NCBI GenBank assembly: GCA_965277715.1 | Contig: OZ255836.1 | Coordinates: 960,001 to 1,024,000 of the forward strand | DNA: 64,000 nucleotides | Direction: 5' to 3' | From: Gammaproteobacteria bacterium | GTDB lineage: Bacteria > Pseudomonadota > Gammaproteobacteria > JBCCGL01 | Shown here: piece after piece, positions 1 through 11,900 of the stretch | Position numbering within the stretch: the stretch's first letter is position 1 | Layout of the letters: the number at the start of each line of letters is the position of its first letter | Translations under genes and position numbers: made by a program | The notes under the pieces: model-generated | Told to the model about the DNA's origin: nothing | The model's database searches: none | The model's input: the letters and a program-made list of their open reading frames with translations, nothing else

Positions 1-342
1 ATGGCGGGCGCCCTGTATTTTTCTGTGTGGCTCGGGTCTGCCGAGCCGACCGAGGCGTTCGATATTAACCAATCATTTCTGGTTTTATTTATGATCATTA
101 TCGGTGGTCTCGGTTCTGTGCTGGGTTCTTTTCTGGGGGCGGCTTTTTTGGTGTTGATGCCGATTCTGTTGAAAAATATCATGGTCGATGGTTTTGGTAC
201 TGACATTGCGCTGGCTGCACATATTGAAATTATGACAGTTGGTGTGTTGATTGTAGGCTTTTTGATTGTCGAGCCTCATGGTTTGGCCCGCCTGTGGCGG
301 GTTGCCAAAGAAAAGTTACGGCTGTGGCCGTTTCCTTATTAA
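1..342 (+). CDS. Branched-chain amino acid-type ABC transporter permease (LivM-like), 5' truncated by window edge
   Basis: Hydrophobic ORF with MIIIGGLGSVLGSFLGA and EPHGLARLW motifs; lies upstream of a substrate-binding protein and a LivF-like ATPase. Confidence 0.85.
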   Translation: MAGALYFSVWLGSAEPTEAFDINQSFLVLFMIIIGGLGSVLGSFLGAAFLVLMPILLKNIMVDGFGTDIALAAHIEIMTVGVLIVGFLIVEPHGLARLWRVAKEKLRLWPFPY

Positions 343-506
343 GGGTATCGCTAATAGTGGAAATACCCTTAACCCGGTTAGTGTTGGTACACTCTGACCG
401 TGGTTTGTGTGTGACAATTTTTGAATTTTATAATTAACGCGTTGATGCACAAACAAAAATATTGTTTGTGCTGAAAACACTGTATTTTTATTAACGGGAG
501 GAAACA

Positions 507-1826
507 ATGAAATTCCGAAGTATTAGTAAAATAATGACGGCTGCACTGATGGCAATGCCACTGTTATCGGGTGTCGCCAATGCCTATGAACTGACGATAC
601 CCACACTGGATTACCGCACAGGCCCTTATGCGCCAAACGGTATTCCCTTTGCCAACGGTTACAGCGACTACCTGACCATGCTGAACGAGCGCGATGGTGG
701 TATCAACGGGTCAAAAATCAGATTGGTTCCATGCGAAACCGCCTACAACACCAAGCGGGGTGTCGAGTGCTACGAAAACACCAAAAGCAGCGGTGAATCG
801 GGCGCATTGGTTTACCAACCGCTGTCCACCGGTATCACCTACCAACTGATCCCCAAATCCAGTGTCGATGAAATTCCTATCTTCTCAATGGGATATGGCC
901 GCACCTCGGCGGCAAACGGCAAGGTATTTCCCTGGGTATTTAACTTCCCCGCCACCTATTGGAGCCAGGCCACTGTCTTTGTACAGTATATTGGGGAAAA
1001 GGAAGGCGGTATGGATAAACTAAAAGGCAAAAAAATCGCTTTGGTCTATCACAACTCGGCCTATGGTAAGGAGCCGATCCGCACACTCGAAAGCGCCGCA
1101 GAAAAATACGGTTTTGAGCTTATGCAACTGCCTGTCGATCATCCCGGTCAGGAGCAAAAAGCCACCTGGCTGCAAATCCGCAAAGAACGCCCGGACTGGG
1201 TGATGATGTGGGGGTGGGGCGTGATGAACCAGGTCGCTATAAAAGAGGCGGCATCAATCCGTTTCCCAATGGATCATTTTATTGGTGTCTGGTGGTCAGG
1301 GTCTGAAAATGATGTATTGCCAGCGGGCAAAGCAGCCGATGGCTACCTCTCGGGCGCATTCCATCAGCCGGGTGATAACTTCCCGGCGCACGATGACATC
1401 AAAAAGCATGTATACGATGCGGGTAAGGGCTTTGGCGAGCGCGAGCGCATCGGTGAAGTACTGTATAACCGTGGCCTGGTTGCCGCCATGTGGACCGCCG
1501 AGGCGATTCGCAAGGCGATGGAAATTCACGGTACCAATGAAGTCACCGGTAAGCACGTACGCGATGGTTTTGAGGCACTCGATATCGATGAAGCGCGCCT
1601 GGTAGAACTCGGCCTGCCGGACTTCACTATTCCGGTTAAGGTGAGCTGTGAAAACCACGAGGGGTCCGGCAGGGTTGCGCTGCAACAATGGGATGCAAAA
1701 GCCCAAAAATGGAGCCTGGTGAGTGATTTCTACGAGCCGCTACGCGATATTACCGGGCCTTTAATTGCCGCCGATTCAGCACAGTACGCCGCTGAAAATA
1801 ATGTAACCCCCCGCGACTGCAACTAA
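507..1826 (+). CDS. ABC transporter substrate-binding protein, Leu/Ile/Val-binding family
   Basis: Signal peptide ending ANA, YRTGPYAPNG motif, GGAGG RBS upstream, operon context. Confidence 0.9.
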   Translation: MKFRSISKIMTAALMAMPLLSGVANAYELTIPTLDYRTGPYAPNGIPFANGYSDYLTMLNERDGGINGSKIRLVPCETAYNTKRGVECYENTKSSGESGALVYQPLSTGITYQLIPKSSVDEIPIFSMGYGRTSAANGKVFPWVFNFPATYWSQATVFVQYIGEKEGGMDKLKGKKIALVYHNSAYGKEPIRTLESAAEKYGFELMQLPVDHPGQEQKATWLQIRKERPDWVMMWGWGVMNQVAIKEAASIRFPMDHFIGVWWSGSENDVLPAGKAADGYLSGAFHQPGDNFPAHDDIKKHVYDAGKGFGERERIGEVLYNRGLVAAMWTAEAIRKAMEIHGTNEVTGKHVRDGFEALDIDEARLVELGLPDFTIPVKVSCENHEGSGRVALQQWDAKAQKWSLVSDFYEPLRDITGPLIAADSAQYAAENNVTPRDCN

Positions 1827-1851
1827 GCAAAGCAGTCCCTCTGCCTAACCT

Positions 1852-1895
1852 CCAGGGCTTTGTCACCCACCGTTGGTACTGTGATAAAGTCCTGG
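1852..1895 (+). other. Intercistronic stem-loop after the substrate-binding protein gene
   Basis: ccagggctttgtcac / gtgataaagtcctgg, 15-bp arms with two G-U pairs on the + strand. Confidence 0.55.
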
Positions 1896-1936
1896 GTTTT
1901 GGGTCTGTCAATAACCAGTAAAACCGCGAGCGAACA

Positions 1937-2782
1937 GTGACAGTCAATACGCAAACAACCGACACACCGTCGGTGGATAACCCGGCGCTGCTATCGGTTA
2001 GCAATATCGAAGTGATCTACGATCACGTTATATTGGTATTAAAAGGTGTATCACTCGATGTGCCTGAAAAAGGCATCGTGGCCTTGCTCGGTGCCAATGG
2101 GGCAGGGAAAACCACGACGCTAAAAGCGGTTTCCAATTTACTGCGTGCCGAGCGTGGTGATATAAGCAAAGGCACGATTGTGTTTCGTGGTGAACGTATC
2201 GATACGCTCACCTCCTCTGAACTGGTACAACGGGGTGTTATCCAGGTAATGGAAGGGCGGCACTGCTTTGAGCACCTCACCGTTGAAGAAAACCTGCTCA
2301 CCGGTGCCTATACACGAAAGGATGGTAAAACGGCTATCCAGCGGGATTTGGCGTTGGTTTACAGCTATTTTCCCCGACTCAAAGAGCGCAGTAAAGCGCA
2401 GGCCGGTTATACCTCCGGTGGGGAACAGCAAATGGTAGCGATAGGGCGGGCATTGATGTCGCGACCTAAAATGATTCTGCTCGATGAGCCTTCCATGGGC
2501 CTCGCCCCTCAACTGGTCGAAGAGATCTTTGAGATAGTCGGGCGTTTGAACCGTGAGGAGGGCGTGACCTTTTTACTTGCCGAGCAAAACACCAATATTG
2601 CGCTGCGTTACGCAAAGTATGGCTATATCCTTGAAAATGGTCGTATCGTCTTAGACGGCACCGCCGAAGAGCTGCGTGATAACGCCGATGTGAAAGAGTT
2701 CTACCTTGGTGTCAGTGAAGGCGCACGCAAAAATTTCCGCGAGGTTAAGCACTACCGGCGCCGTAAGCGCTGGCTTGCTTAG
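1937..2782 (+). CDS. ABC transporter ATP-binding protein (LivF-like)
   Basis: Walker A GANGAGKTT, signature SGGEQQM, Walker B ILLDEPSMGLAP. Confidence 0.93.
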   Translation: MTVNTQTTDTPSVDNPALLSVSNIEVIYDHVILVLKGVSLDVPEKGIVALLGANGAGKTTTLKAVSNLLRAERGDISKGTIVFRGERIDTLTSSELVQRGVIQVMEGRHCFEHLTVEENLLTGAYTRKDGKTAIQRDLALVYSYFPRLKERSKAQAGYTSGGEQQMVAIGRALMSRPKMILLDEPSMGLAPQLVEEIFEIVGRLNREEGVTFLLAEQNTNIALRYAKYGYILENGRIVLDGTAEELRDNADVKEFYLGVSEGARKNFREVKHYRRRKRWLA

Positions 2783-2794
2783 GCACGTAATCGT

Positions 2795-4036
2795 ATGGGG
2801 GAATTTTACGATCAACTGGAAACGCGCAGTAACAGCGAGCGCATCACCAGCCAGTTTCAACAGCTCCGTGAGCAAATTATTTTTGCCCAAACGCATACCC
2901 ATGCATTCAGTGCCGCTTTGGCGGGTGTGGAAGCCGGTGATGTTATCGACCATGCCACACTGGCAACACTGCCCATCATGCGTAAATCAGACCTGATTGA
3001 TAAGCAGGCCGCTGAACCACCCTTTGGTGGTATGGCGACGCAGGCAACAACACACTACCAACGCGTATTTGCCTCACCTGGGCCAATTTACGAGCCAGAA
3101 GGCAGTGTTGTCGATTATTGGCGGCTGGCGAGAGCACTATTCGCTGCCGGGTTTCGCGCAGATGATCTGGTTTACAACACCTTCTCCTACCACTTTACGC
3201 CAGCGGGCAGTATGCTTGAAAGTGGCGCCCACACATTGGGTTGTGCGGTATTCCCGGCAGGGCCAGGCCAGACTGAGCTGCAAATCCAGACGATTAACGA
3301 TTTACAACCCAGTGCTTATGTCGGCACCCCCTCCTTTTTGAGAATGCTGATCGATAAATCCCGACAGCAGGGTAGGCCGATTGATTGTTTTAACAAAGCC
3401 CTGGTTTCGGGTGAGGCACTGCCACCTTCACTGCGCGAAGTCATTGCGGCCGATGGTATTGCTATCTATCAATGCTACGCGACCGCTGACCTCGGGCTTA
3501 TCGCCTACGAATCACCGGCGCTCAATGGCATGATAGTCGATGAAGGCGTTATCGTTGAAATCGTGCGGCCTGGCACAGGTGACCCGGTTGATAATGGCGA
3601 AGTAGGCGAAGTCGTCGTTACCTTATTACACAACCGCTGTTATCCATTAATTCGCTTCGCCACAGGTGATCTCTCTGCATTTACCGATACGCCAGGTAGC
3701 TGTGGGCGCAGCAATCAATGCATTAAAGGTTGGATGGGGCGCGCCGACCAAACCACCAAAGTGCGTGGTATGTTCGTCCACCCGGAACAGATCGATAAGG
3801 TGGTAAAGCGACATAGCGACATTGGCAAAGCGCGACTGGTGGTATCCAGGGAGAATAACAACGATGTAATGACCTTATATTGTGAATCGGACACTGAAAA
3901 CCCTGAACTCATCGATGCCGTTGTGCACACTTTGCGGGATATTTGCAAATTGCGCGGTACCGTTGAATTGCTTAAACCGGGTGTGCTTGTCAATGATGGA
4001 AAGGTGATCGACGATACCCGTGCACTTGAACGATAA
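2795..4036 (+). CDS. Phenylacetate-CoA ligase family (PaaK-like) AMP-binding protein
   Basis: YVGTPSFL, SGEALPP, YPLIRFATGD and GRADQTTKVRGMFVHP motifs. Confidence 0.85.
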   Translation: MGEFYDQLETRSNSERITSQFQQLREQIIFAQTHTHAFSAALAGVEAGDVIDHATLATLPIMRKSDLIDKQAAEPPFGGMATQATTHYQRVFASPGPIYEPEGSVVDYWRLARALFAAGFRADDLVYNTFSYHFTPAGSMLESGAHTLGCAVFPAGPGQTELQIQTINDLQPSAYVGTPSFLRMLIDKSRQQGRPIDCFNKALVSGEALPPSLREVIAADGIAIYQCYATADLGLIAYESPALNGMIVDEGVIVEIVRPGTGDPVDNGEVGEVVVTLLHNRCYPLIRFATGDLSAFTDTPGSCGRSNQCIKGWMGRADQTTKVRGMFVHPEQIDKVVKRHSDIGKARLVVSRENNNDVMTLYCESDTENPELIDAVVHTLRDICKLRGTVELLKPGVLVNDGKVIDDTRALER

Positions 4037-4116
4037 CCGTAGGTGGCCATTGCCTATTTGATATTATTGATATACAAGTAAATATAGACTTAATTAACAA
4101 TGTCTGAGGTGCTGGA

Positions 4117-4191
4117 ATGAAACACATATTTACACTTACGATTACCCACCCTAACGCCAAAATCAAGGGCGTTTTGCTAGAAGTAGTGTGC
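4117..4191 (+). pseudogene. Probable hicB-type antitoxin remnant (internally deleted, stop codon lost)
   Basis: GAGG RBS then MKHIFTLTITHPNAKIKGVLLEVV ending at GTG-TGC, where a GTGA stop/start overlap with hicA would be expected. Confidence 0.4.
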
Positions 4192-4363
4192 ACAGAAGGC
4201 ACTTTATTCGGGAATTTGTTACAAAGCGATGTTACCTTAAACGCCACGGTAAAAAACACGACATTTACCTAAATCCTGCTAATAGAAATCAAGCACCGGT
4301 TCCGCGACACCCTGGATTCAGGAAACGCTTTGTGAACTTATCAGCAAACAGTTGGTGTTGTAG
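4188..4363 (+). pseudogene. hicA: HicA-family toxin, frameshifted
   Basis: RRHFIREF..CYLKRHGKKHDIYLNP..QAPVPRHP; restoring one base near 4314-4315 gives EIQETLCELISKQLVL-stop (TAG 4361-4363), the typical HicA C-terminus. Confidence 0.8.
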
Positions 4364-4377
4364 CCCAGTATTATTAA

Positions 4378-4761
4378 ATGACACAATTACACAATAAAAT
4401 CCCTGCTACACGCACGCTGGCGATGCCCGCTGACACTAACCCAAATGGTGATATTTTTGGTGGTTGGCTGCTGTCGCAAATGGATATTGCCGGTGCTGCG
4501 CACGCGTACCATTTCACTCAGGGCCGCGTGGTAACCGTGTCCATTGATGCAATGACTTTTCACCAGCCGGTTAAGGTGGGTGATGAAGTCAGTTGCTACT
4601 GCGAAACCGTACACGAGGGCACTACTTCTATCGGCGTCTATATTGAAACCTGGGTGCGCCGCCGCGACGGCAGCTCATCAAAAAAAGTCACCGAAGGAAA
4701 ATTTACCTATGTTTCTATTGATAGTGAGGGTAAACCTTCTGCCTGGCATAAAGGTGTATAA
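4378..4761 (+). CDS. yciA: Acyl-CoA thioesterase (hotdog fold, YciA-like)
   Basis: MPADTNPNGDIFGGWLLSQMDIAG motif. Confidence 0.88.
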   Translation: MTQLHNKIPATRTLAMPADTNPNGDIFGGWLLSQMDIAGAAHAYHFTQGRVVTVSIDAMTFHQPVKVGDEVSCYCETVHEGTTSIGVYIETWVRRRDGSSSKKVTEGKFTYVSIDSEGKPSAWHKGV

Positions 4762-4767
4762 ACAGGC

Positions 4768-6750
<1,983 letters not shown>

Positions 6751-6756
6751 ATTCAA

Positions 6757-7308
6757 ATGGACGATACAAGCCCATCTATCGATCATTTATTGACACAAAT
6801 ACAGGAAAAAACACGCCCCCCTGTACATCAATGGCGGCCAATTGTCTGTAGGGAAATTGACATACAGATTAAACGCAATGGCGATTGGTACTACCAGGGT
6901 TCCCTTATTCAACGCCCGCGAATGGTGCGTTTGTTTTCCACTGTTTTGCGCCGGGAGAATGAAGCCTATTTTTTAGTGACACCGGTAGAAAAGTTGCGCA
7001 TACAGGTCGATGACGCCCCTTTTACGATTGTATCGATGGAGGTGTTGGCCGGGTCTGGGCAACAACACCTGGTGTTTACCGATAATGTGGGCGATAAAAT
7101 CATTGCAGGTAAAAATAACCCGATTTTTGTCAATTACCACGGTAAAAAAGCTGAGCCATCGCCCTATATTGAAATAAGGGATAACCTTAACGCGTTAATT
7201 ATGCGTTCGGTTTATTATCATATGGCTGAGTATTGCGTTGCACTCGATGGCTATTATGGCGTGTGGAGTGATAGGTGTTTTTTTAAATTGGCCCCGGTCG
7301 AGGGATAA
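6757..7308 (+). CDS. DUF1285 family protein
   Basis: PPVHQWRP..IDIQIKRNGDWYYQGS and LVTPVEKLRIQVDDAPF motifs. Confidence 0.85.
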   Translation: MDDTSPSIDHLLTQIQEKTRPPVHQWRPIVCREIDIQIKRNGDWYYQGSLIQRPRMVRLFSTVLRRENEAYFLVTPVEKLRIQVDDAPFTIVSMEVLAGSGQQHLVFTDNVGDKIIAGKNNPIFVNYHGKKAEPSPYIEIRDNLNALIMRSVYYHMAEYCVALDGYYGVWSDRCFFKLAPVEG

Positions 7309-7320
7309 TAAAGGTTAGTC

Positions 7321-8958
7321 ATGCACTACGCATTACTGGAAAACAATGGCCAGTCGTTTGATGCGATCAGCCAGTCGTTTCGCTGGCATATCCCGGAAAA
7401 ATTTAATATGGCACAGGCGGTGTGCGATAAACATAGCGATAAGCAGCATGACATCGCGCTGTATTATGAAAACGAGCAAGGCGATAAAGCCCATTACACC
7501 TTTGGTGAGATAAAGCGTTATTCAGATCAACTGGCTAATGTGTTGGTATCGCTGGGGGTTAAAAAAGGTGACCGCGTTGCCGTGATTTTGTCCCAACGTG
7601 TCGAAACGGCACTCACCCATATTGCCGCGCATAAAATAGGGGCCATTTCATTGCCTTTATCTGTATTGTTTGGGCCGGATGCGTTGCACTATCGGCTGAG
7701 TGACAGCGCCAGCAAATGGGTGATCACTGACCTGGCACACAAGCATATGATCGATCCGTTTCGCCCCGGTCTGGATAAGCTTGACGGTATCCTCTGCGTC
7801 GATGATGACAGCGATGCGGGGTTTTGGCAGCGTGTCAATCAGGCGGATAAGGCATGTACGCCGGTGGTAACTTTTACCGATGATCCGGCACTTTTAATTT
7901 ACACATCAGGCACCACCGGGCCGCCAAAAGGTGCATTAATCGCTCACCGTGGATTAATTGGTAACTTAACAGGGTTTGAATTATCAATGAATTTCTTCCC
8001 AAAGCCGGGCGATGTTTTCTGGACCCCGGCTGACTGGGCCTGGACGGGAGGGCTGCTCGATGGGTTAATGCCGAGTTGGTATTACGGCAGGCCGATTGTT
8101 GCGTATGAGTACGGTAAATTTAATGCCGAAAAAGCGTTGGCAGTGGTCGAGCGCTACGCGGTAACGACGGCGTTTATTCCGCCGACGGCGTTAAAAATGA
8201 TACGCCAGGTTAAAGGTATTCCCGAACGCTTTACGTTGAAACTGCGGGCGATTATGTCTGCCGGTGAAGCGGTGGGTGAAGAGTTGATTCACTGGGGCAG
8301 GGAAACCCTGCAAGTGGATATTAATGAGATGTGTGGGCAGACCGAGCACAATTACATGATAGGTAATTGTGCGGCGATTATGCCGCTTAAACCCGGCTCG
8401 ATGGGCAAGCCGTATCCGGGGCACCGTGTCGCTGTGCTGGACGGGCAGGGCAGGGAGTTGCCAGCGGGTGAACACGGTGAATTTGCCGCGCACTGTGATG
8501 ATCCTGTGCACTTTCTCGGCTATTGGAATAATACAGTGGCGACGCAGAAAAAATATGCGGGTAAATGGTTTCGCACCGGTGATATGGGTTACAGGGACAG
8601 CGATGGTTATCTGTGGTTTATGGGGCGCAGTGATGATGTTATCAGCAGTGCCGGGTATCGTATTGGCCCTGGTGAGATCGAGGATTGTCTATTGCAACAC
8701 GCATCGGTGTTGCAGGCCGCCGTGGTGGGAGTGCCGGACCCGCAGGGGTTGCGGGGAGATGTTGTTAAAGCGTTTGTTGTGCTCGCTGAGGGTTATCAGG
8801 CGAGTGATGCCTTAAAGGCGGATATTCAGCAGATAGTCAAGCAGCGGCTGGCGGCTTATGAGTATCCGAGGGAGATTGAGTTTATTCGCGCTCTGCCGAT
8901 GACGACTACGGGTAAAGTGCGCCGGGTGGCGTTGCGGCAGCTACACCGGGCTGGGTGA
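7321..8958 (+). CDS. Acyl-CoA synthetase (AMP-forming, short/medium chain)
   Basis: YTSGTTGPPKG, WTPADWAWTGG, GRSDDVISSAGYRIGP, LPMTTTGK. Confidence 0.9.
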   Translation: MHYALLENNGQSFDAISQSFRWHIPEKFNMAQAVCDKHSDKQHDIALYYENEQGDKAHYTFGEIKRYSDQLANVLVSLGVKKGDRVAVILSQRVETALTHIAAHKIGAISLPLSVLFGPDALHYRLSDSASKWVITDLAHKHMIDPFRPGLDKLDGILCVDDDSDAGFWQRVNQADKACTPVVTFTDDPALLIYTSGTTGPPKGALIAHRGLIGNLTGFELSMNFFPKPGDVFWTPADWAWTGGLLDGLMPSWYYGRPIVAYEYGKFNAEKALAVVERYAVTTAFIPPTALKMIRQVKGIPERFTLKLRAIMSAGEAVGEELIHWGRETLQVDINEMCGQTEHNYMIGNCAAIMPLKPGSMGKPYPGHRVAVLDGQGRELPAGEHGEFAAHCDDPVHFLGYWNNTVATQKKYAGKWFRTGDMGYRDSDGYLWFMGRSDDVISSAGYRIGPGEIEDCLLQHASVLQAAVVGVPDPQGLRGDVVKAFVVLAEGYQASDALKADIQQIVKQRLAAYEYPREIEFIRALPMTTTGKVRRVALRQLHRAG

Positions 8959-9030
8959 TTATCTACATCGTTACTGATAGTACGCCGTCAATTTTTAATT
9001 GGTTTCCCGCTATTTTATGTGGATATATAT

Positions 9031-9795
9031 ATGACTACTGTTAGTGACTGGTACGAAGTGCGCACGGTATCGGACGGTATTTCGCTGATACGGGAAAAAT
9101 ATGTGGCCAGTTGGTTGCGTTGTAATATCTGGCATGTGCGTGGTAGGCATTTTGATTTATTAATCGATACTGGTATGGGCTTGCGGCCATTGAAAAAAGA
9201 AATTGCGACGCTTTGTGAAAAACCGATAAAAGTGATCTCGACACATTGCCATTTCGATCATATAGGTGGCGCACACGAATTTGATTGTCGCCTGGGGCAT
9301 AAGAGTGAACAACATATTCACGCCAACCCAACAGAGCAGAATACAGGTGGCTGGCAACCATTTGTGCGTGCCGAAACGTTCAGTAAAATGCCCCATGATG
9401 ACTTTGTTATCGAAGATTATTCGGTGTTATCTGCACCACTTACAGGGTATTTGGATGAAGGGGATGTGCTCGATTTGGGTAATCGTACCTTTCAGGTACT
9501 GCATTTGCCTGGGCACTCCCCCGGTTCGATCAGTTTATATGAGAAAAATACAGGTACTTTATTCAGTGGTGATGTCATTTACGATGGTGACTTGTTTGAT
9601 ACTGTTTATCACTCTGACCCACAGCAGTATAAGGAGAGCCTGGCGCGTTTGAGGGAAATGCCTGTGGCTATAGTGCATGGAGGGCATTTTGATTCATTTG
9701 GGCGGCGTAAACTTCTGGCGTTGATCGATAAGTATTTTGCGGGTAAGGGGCGCATTGTTGATGCGGCGTCCTGGGTGAATGGTGTTGTTGAATGA
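9031..9795 (+). CDS. Metallo-beta-lactamase fold hydrolase
   Basis: THCHFDHIGG metal motif, PGHSPGS, FSGD, GGH; ATG at 9031 preferred over GTG at 9019. Confidence 0.88.
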   Translation: MTTVSDWYEVRTVSDGISLIREKYVASWLRCNIWHVRGRHFDLLIDTGMGLRPLKKEIATLCEKPIKVISTHCHFDHIGGAHEFDCRLGHKSEQHIHANPTEQNTGGWQPFVRAETFSKMPHDDFVIEDYSVLSAPLTGYLDEGDVLDLGNRTFQVLHLPGHSPGSISLYEKNTGTLFSGDVIYDGDLFDTVYHSDPQQYKESLARLREMPVAIVHGGHFDSFGRRKLLALIDKYFAGKGRIVDAASWVNGVVE

Positions 9796-9985
9796 GTGCA
9801 AGTGAGTGTAGGCGTTTTCTGGGGTTTTCCCATAGTGGCTTTGCTCTGTGTTTTATCTGTCTGACACGATGGTTTTTTCTAAGCGACAACCCTATTAAGT
9901 TATTTACGTATGCGCATTTCATTCGTGCAAAAACGCTATATAAATACAATAATACACCGGTTTAAATAGTGGAAAGCCAATCGCC

Positions 9986-11710
9986 ATGCGCCAGTACTTA
10001 CATATCAACCTGAAGGATCAATCCACTCGCCAGCAAACCTTGAACGGTGAGGAAATTCTCGATTGTGGTCGGCACTATATCGCCAGAACGCTGCTGGAAT
10101 CAGGGGTGGCGGCAGTCGATCCCCTGTCACCAGATAACCCGCTTATCTTCTCTGCCGGGCCGTTTGCCGGGACTAATTTTTCAAATGCCAACCGCACCAG
10201 TGTCGGCTGTAAAAGCCCGTTGACGGGGGGGATTAAAGAAGCCAATGCAGGGGGTAATTTTAGTTTTGCGCTGGGACAGTTACACCTCGCCGGGTTTACG
10301 CTCTACGATGCTTCCCCCGATTGGGTAACGATTTACCTGGATAAAGAAGGGGGTATTCACTTCGAGTCGGCTGAGCCTTACCTTGGCCTTGGCAACTTTG
10401 AAGCCGCTGCCAGGCTGCACGAAAAATACGGCAAAAAGGTCAGTATTGCGCTGTGTGGGCCGGTGGGCGAATACCAGGGGTTATTGGCGGGTATTGCGTT
10501 TAGCGATACCGAGCAACGCCCTTCACGGTTGGCCGCACGCGGCGGTGTTGGCGCGGTGATGGGTAGCAAGAAAGTCAAAGCGGTTATTGTCGACTTACAC
10601 AAAATGCCCACTTTTCATGAACGCAAGAAACTTATGAAGTCAGTGCGCGAATACGCGACCAAACTAAATCAGGATCAGGCAGTACAAAATCTGGCCAATA
10701 TCGGTACGGCTATGGTGGCCGATTTCACTAATCAGGTGGGTGGGTTGCCTGTGCGCAATTTCAGTGCGGGCCGGTTGGTCGATACAAGCATTGAACCACT
10801 TAAAATGGGCGGGGATTTTATACGCCAGCAAAACCTTGAGCGTGGGGGTGAGCAAACACACGCTTGTATGCCGGGTTGCTTGATTCAATGCAGTAATGTC
10901 TACGCGGATAAGGCGGGTAAGGAAGTGGTGTCGCCGGTTGAGTACGAAACGCTTGGGTTGCTTGGTACCAACTGTGGTATCAGTGAGCCGGATGAGCTGG
11001 CGCACCTCAACTATATCGCTAATGATCTCGGTATCGATACTATTGAGGTGGGTGCTGCGCTGGCCGTTTTGATGGAAGCGGGCGAAATGGCATTTGGTGA
11101 TGTTGAGGCAATGGCGGCTGCGCTCGATAAGGATATTCGCGGTGCCACTGAATTTGGCAAAATACTGGCGCAGGGAACGGCGTATGTCGGCGAGCACTAT
11201 CAGGTCGAGCGGGTGCCGGTGATTAAACGCCAGGCGATCAGTGCTTATGATCCACGCGTGATTGAGGTGACCGGGCTGACGATGATGATGACGGCCCAGG
11301 GGGCTGATCATACGGCGGGTAATCTGCCTTCTTATGTGAGCAAAGGCAAGGCGATCGATGAGTTGGTGGCGGCCAGTATGGAGGCGCAGGTGTTGACTGC
11401 AACGGCTGATTCTTTGGGGTTATGTGTGTTTGGCCGTTCGGTAACTAATACGAATGTGGATTTTATGATTGGGGCGTTGAATGATGCTCACGGTACTGAT
11501 GTGCAGCCGACGTTTTTTCACCGCATTGGTCGTGAGGTGCTGGATTATGAACGTCGGTTTAATCAGGCGGCTGGGTTTAAGGTGGATGACGATGAGTTAC
11601 CCGATTTTTTTTATCGGGAGGCGTTGGTGCCGAGTAATAATAAGGCGCGTTTTCATAGTCGGGATGTGGCTGAGGTGGTTGATGCGTGGTGGTGTCAGCA
11701 GTCGGCCTGA
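9986..11710 (+). CDS. Aldehyde:ferredoxin oxidoreductase family (tungstopterin) protein
   Basis: KSPLTGGIKEANAGG, ARGGVGAVMGSKKVKA, Fe-S cysteines CMPGCLIQC and GLC, EYET and DLGID motifs. Confidence 0.9.
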   Translation: MRQYLHINLKDQSTRQQTLNGEEILDCGRHYIARTLLESGVAAVDPLSPDNPLIFSAGPFAGTNFSNANRTSVGCKSPLTGGIKEANAGGNFSFALGQLHLAGFTLYDASPDWVTIYLDKEGGIHFESAEPYLGLGNFEAAARLHEKYGKKVSIALCGPVGEYQGLLAGIAFSDTEQRPSRLAARGGVGAVMGSKKVKAVIVDLHKMPTFHERKKLMKSVREYATKLNQDQAVQNLANIGTAMVADFTNQVGGLPVRNFSAGRLVDTSIEPLKMGGDFIRQQNLERGGEQTHACMPGCLIQCSNVYADKAGKEVVSPVEYETLGLLGTNCGISEPDELAHLNYIANDLGIDTIEVGAALAVLMEAGEMAFGDVEAMAAALDKDIRGATEFGKILAQGTAYVGEHYQVERVPVIKRQAISAYDPRVIEVTGLTMMMTAQGADHTAGNLPSYVSKGKAIDELVAASMEAQVLTATADSLGLCVFGRSVTNTNVDFMIGALNDAHGTDVQPTFFHRIGREVLDYERRFNQAAGFKVDDDELPDFFYREALVPSNNKARFHSRDVAEVVDAWWCQQSA

Positions 11711-11900
11711 ATCTGGTGAACCTCTCGATTTCATGTGTTTGCCCTGTATGTAGGTGGTGCGGTTTCACTCGCGATGCTTTGGTGTTTTTCTTTGCTCATT
11801 TGCGCCTGCGTTGCTCTATCTCCTGTGCCCCTACAGTCGTGCACATTCCTTACCTACGTTGTTGATAGAAAATCGAGTAAATATTGGGAAGGTGTTAGTG

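Noticed and set aside
339-372. 10-bp inverted repeat ttaagggtat/atacccttaa after the permease stop
   Set aside because: AT-rich stem with a long loop and no U-tract; function cannot be supported
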